A stretch of DNA of 49,806 nt from Promethearchaeota archaeon (GTDB lineage: Archaea > Asgardarchaeota > Lokiarchaeia > Sigyniarchaeales > SOKP01), in the NCBI GenBank assembly GCA_013375475.1, contig JABXKD010000016.1, forward strand, positions 1-49,806. Reading direction: 5' to 3'. A model generated the notes under the pieces. It was not told where the DNA came from and searched no databases. It saw only the letters and a list, made by a program, of their open reading frames with translations. Made by a program: the position numbers and the translations under genes. This document shows, piece after piece, positions 49,692 to 49,806 of this stretch (position 1 is its first letter; each line of letters starts with the position of its first letter).

Positions 49692-49806
49692 TTTTTCATA
49701 TTTAGAATTCTACATCAAAATTTGCTCATCTAATAGATATTTAGTATGCAAAATAAAAAGTAAGAAAAAAATTATACTTGTATAAAAATTTACAAAAGAT
49801 TTGAAG

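Noticed and set aside
1-49806. CRISPR array, transposase, integrase or prophage
   Set aside because: No regularly spaced repeat-spacer units or recognisable mobile-element proteins seen; tRNA 3' end not seen duplicated

Overview
AT-rich archaeal chromosomal region, most likely from an Asgard archaeon (Lokiarchaeia-like). That assignment is inferred from an archaeal histone, an Sm/LSm protein, a BHB-intron tRNA, roadblock-fused Rab-like GTPases, a RING-H2 protein and a longin-like protein. About 50 CDSs cover metabolism (AOR with MoaD-like partners, two ThiC paralogues, ThiDN, LeuB, glycerate kinase, sulfatase, ADP-forming acyl-CoA synthetase, four tandem RimJ/RimL GNATs) and eukaryote-like proteins. 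The top observation is a histone gene (minus strand, 29242-29484) interrupted by a 30-nt stop-containing insert. The insert folds into a canonical bulge-helix-bulge (BHB) motif, and its removal at the standard cut sites restores a complete 70-aa histone fold, making it a candidate tRNA-endonuclease-spliced mRNA intron. A tRNA-Arg(CCU) with two BHB introns (37/38 and T-loop 58/59) lies about 6.5 kb away. Other highlights are a putative coat/adaptor-like locus (longin-like, BBS2-like propeller, mu-homology-like protein), a tandem pair of roadblock-GTPase-pseudoGTPase genes facing a RING-H2/TPR gene, an in-frame UGA gene, a ModE-like box, a duplicated promoter and several structured intergenic elements. 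All family assignments come from motif recognition by eye; no database searches were run.
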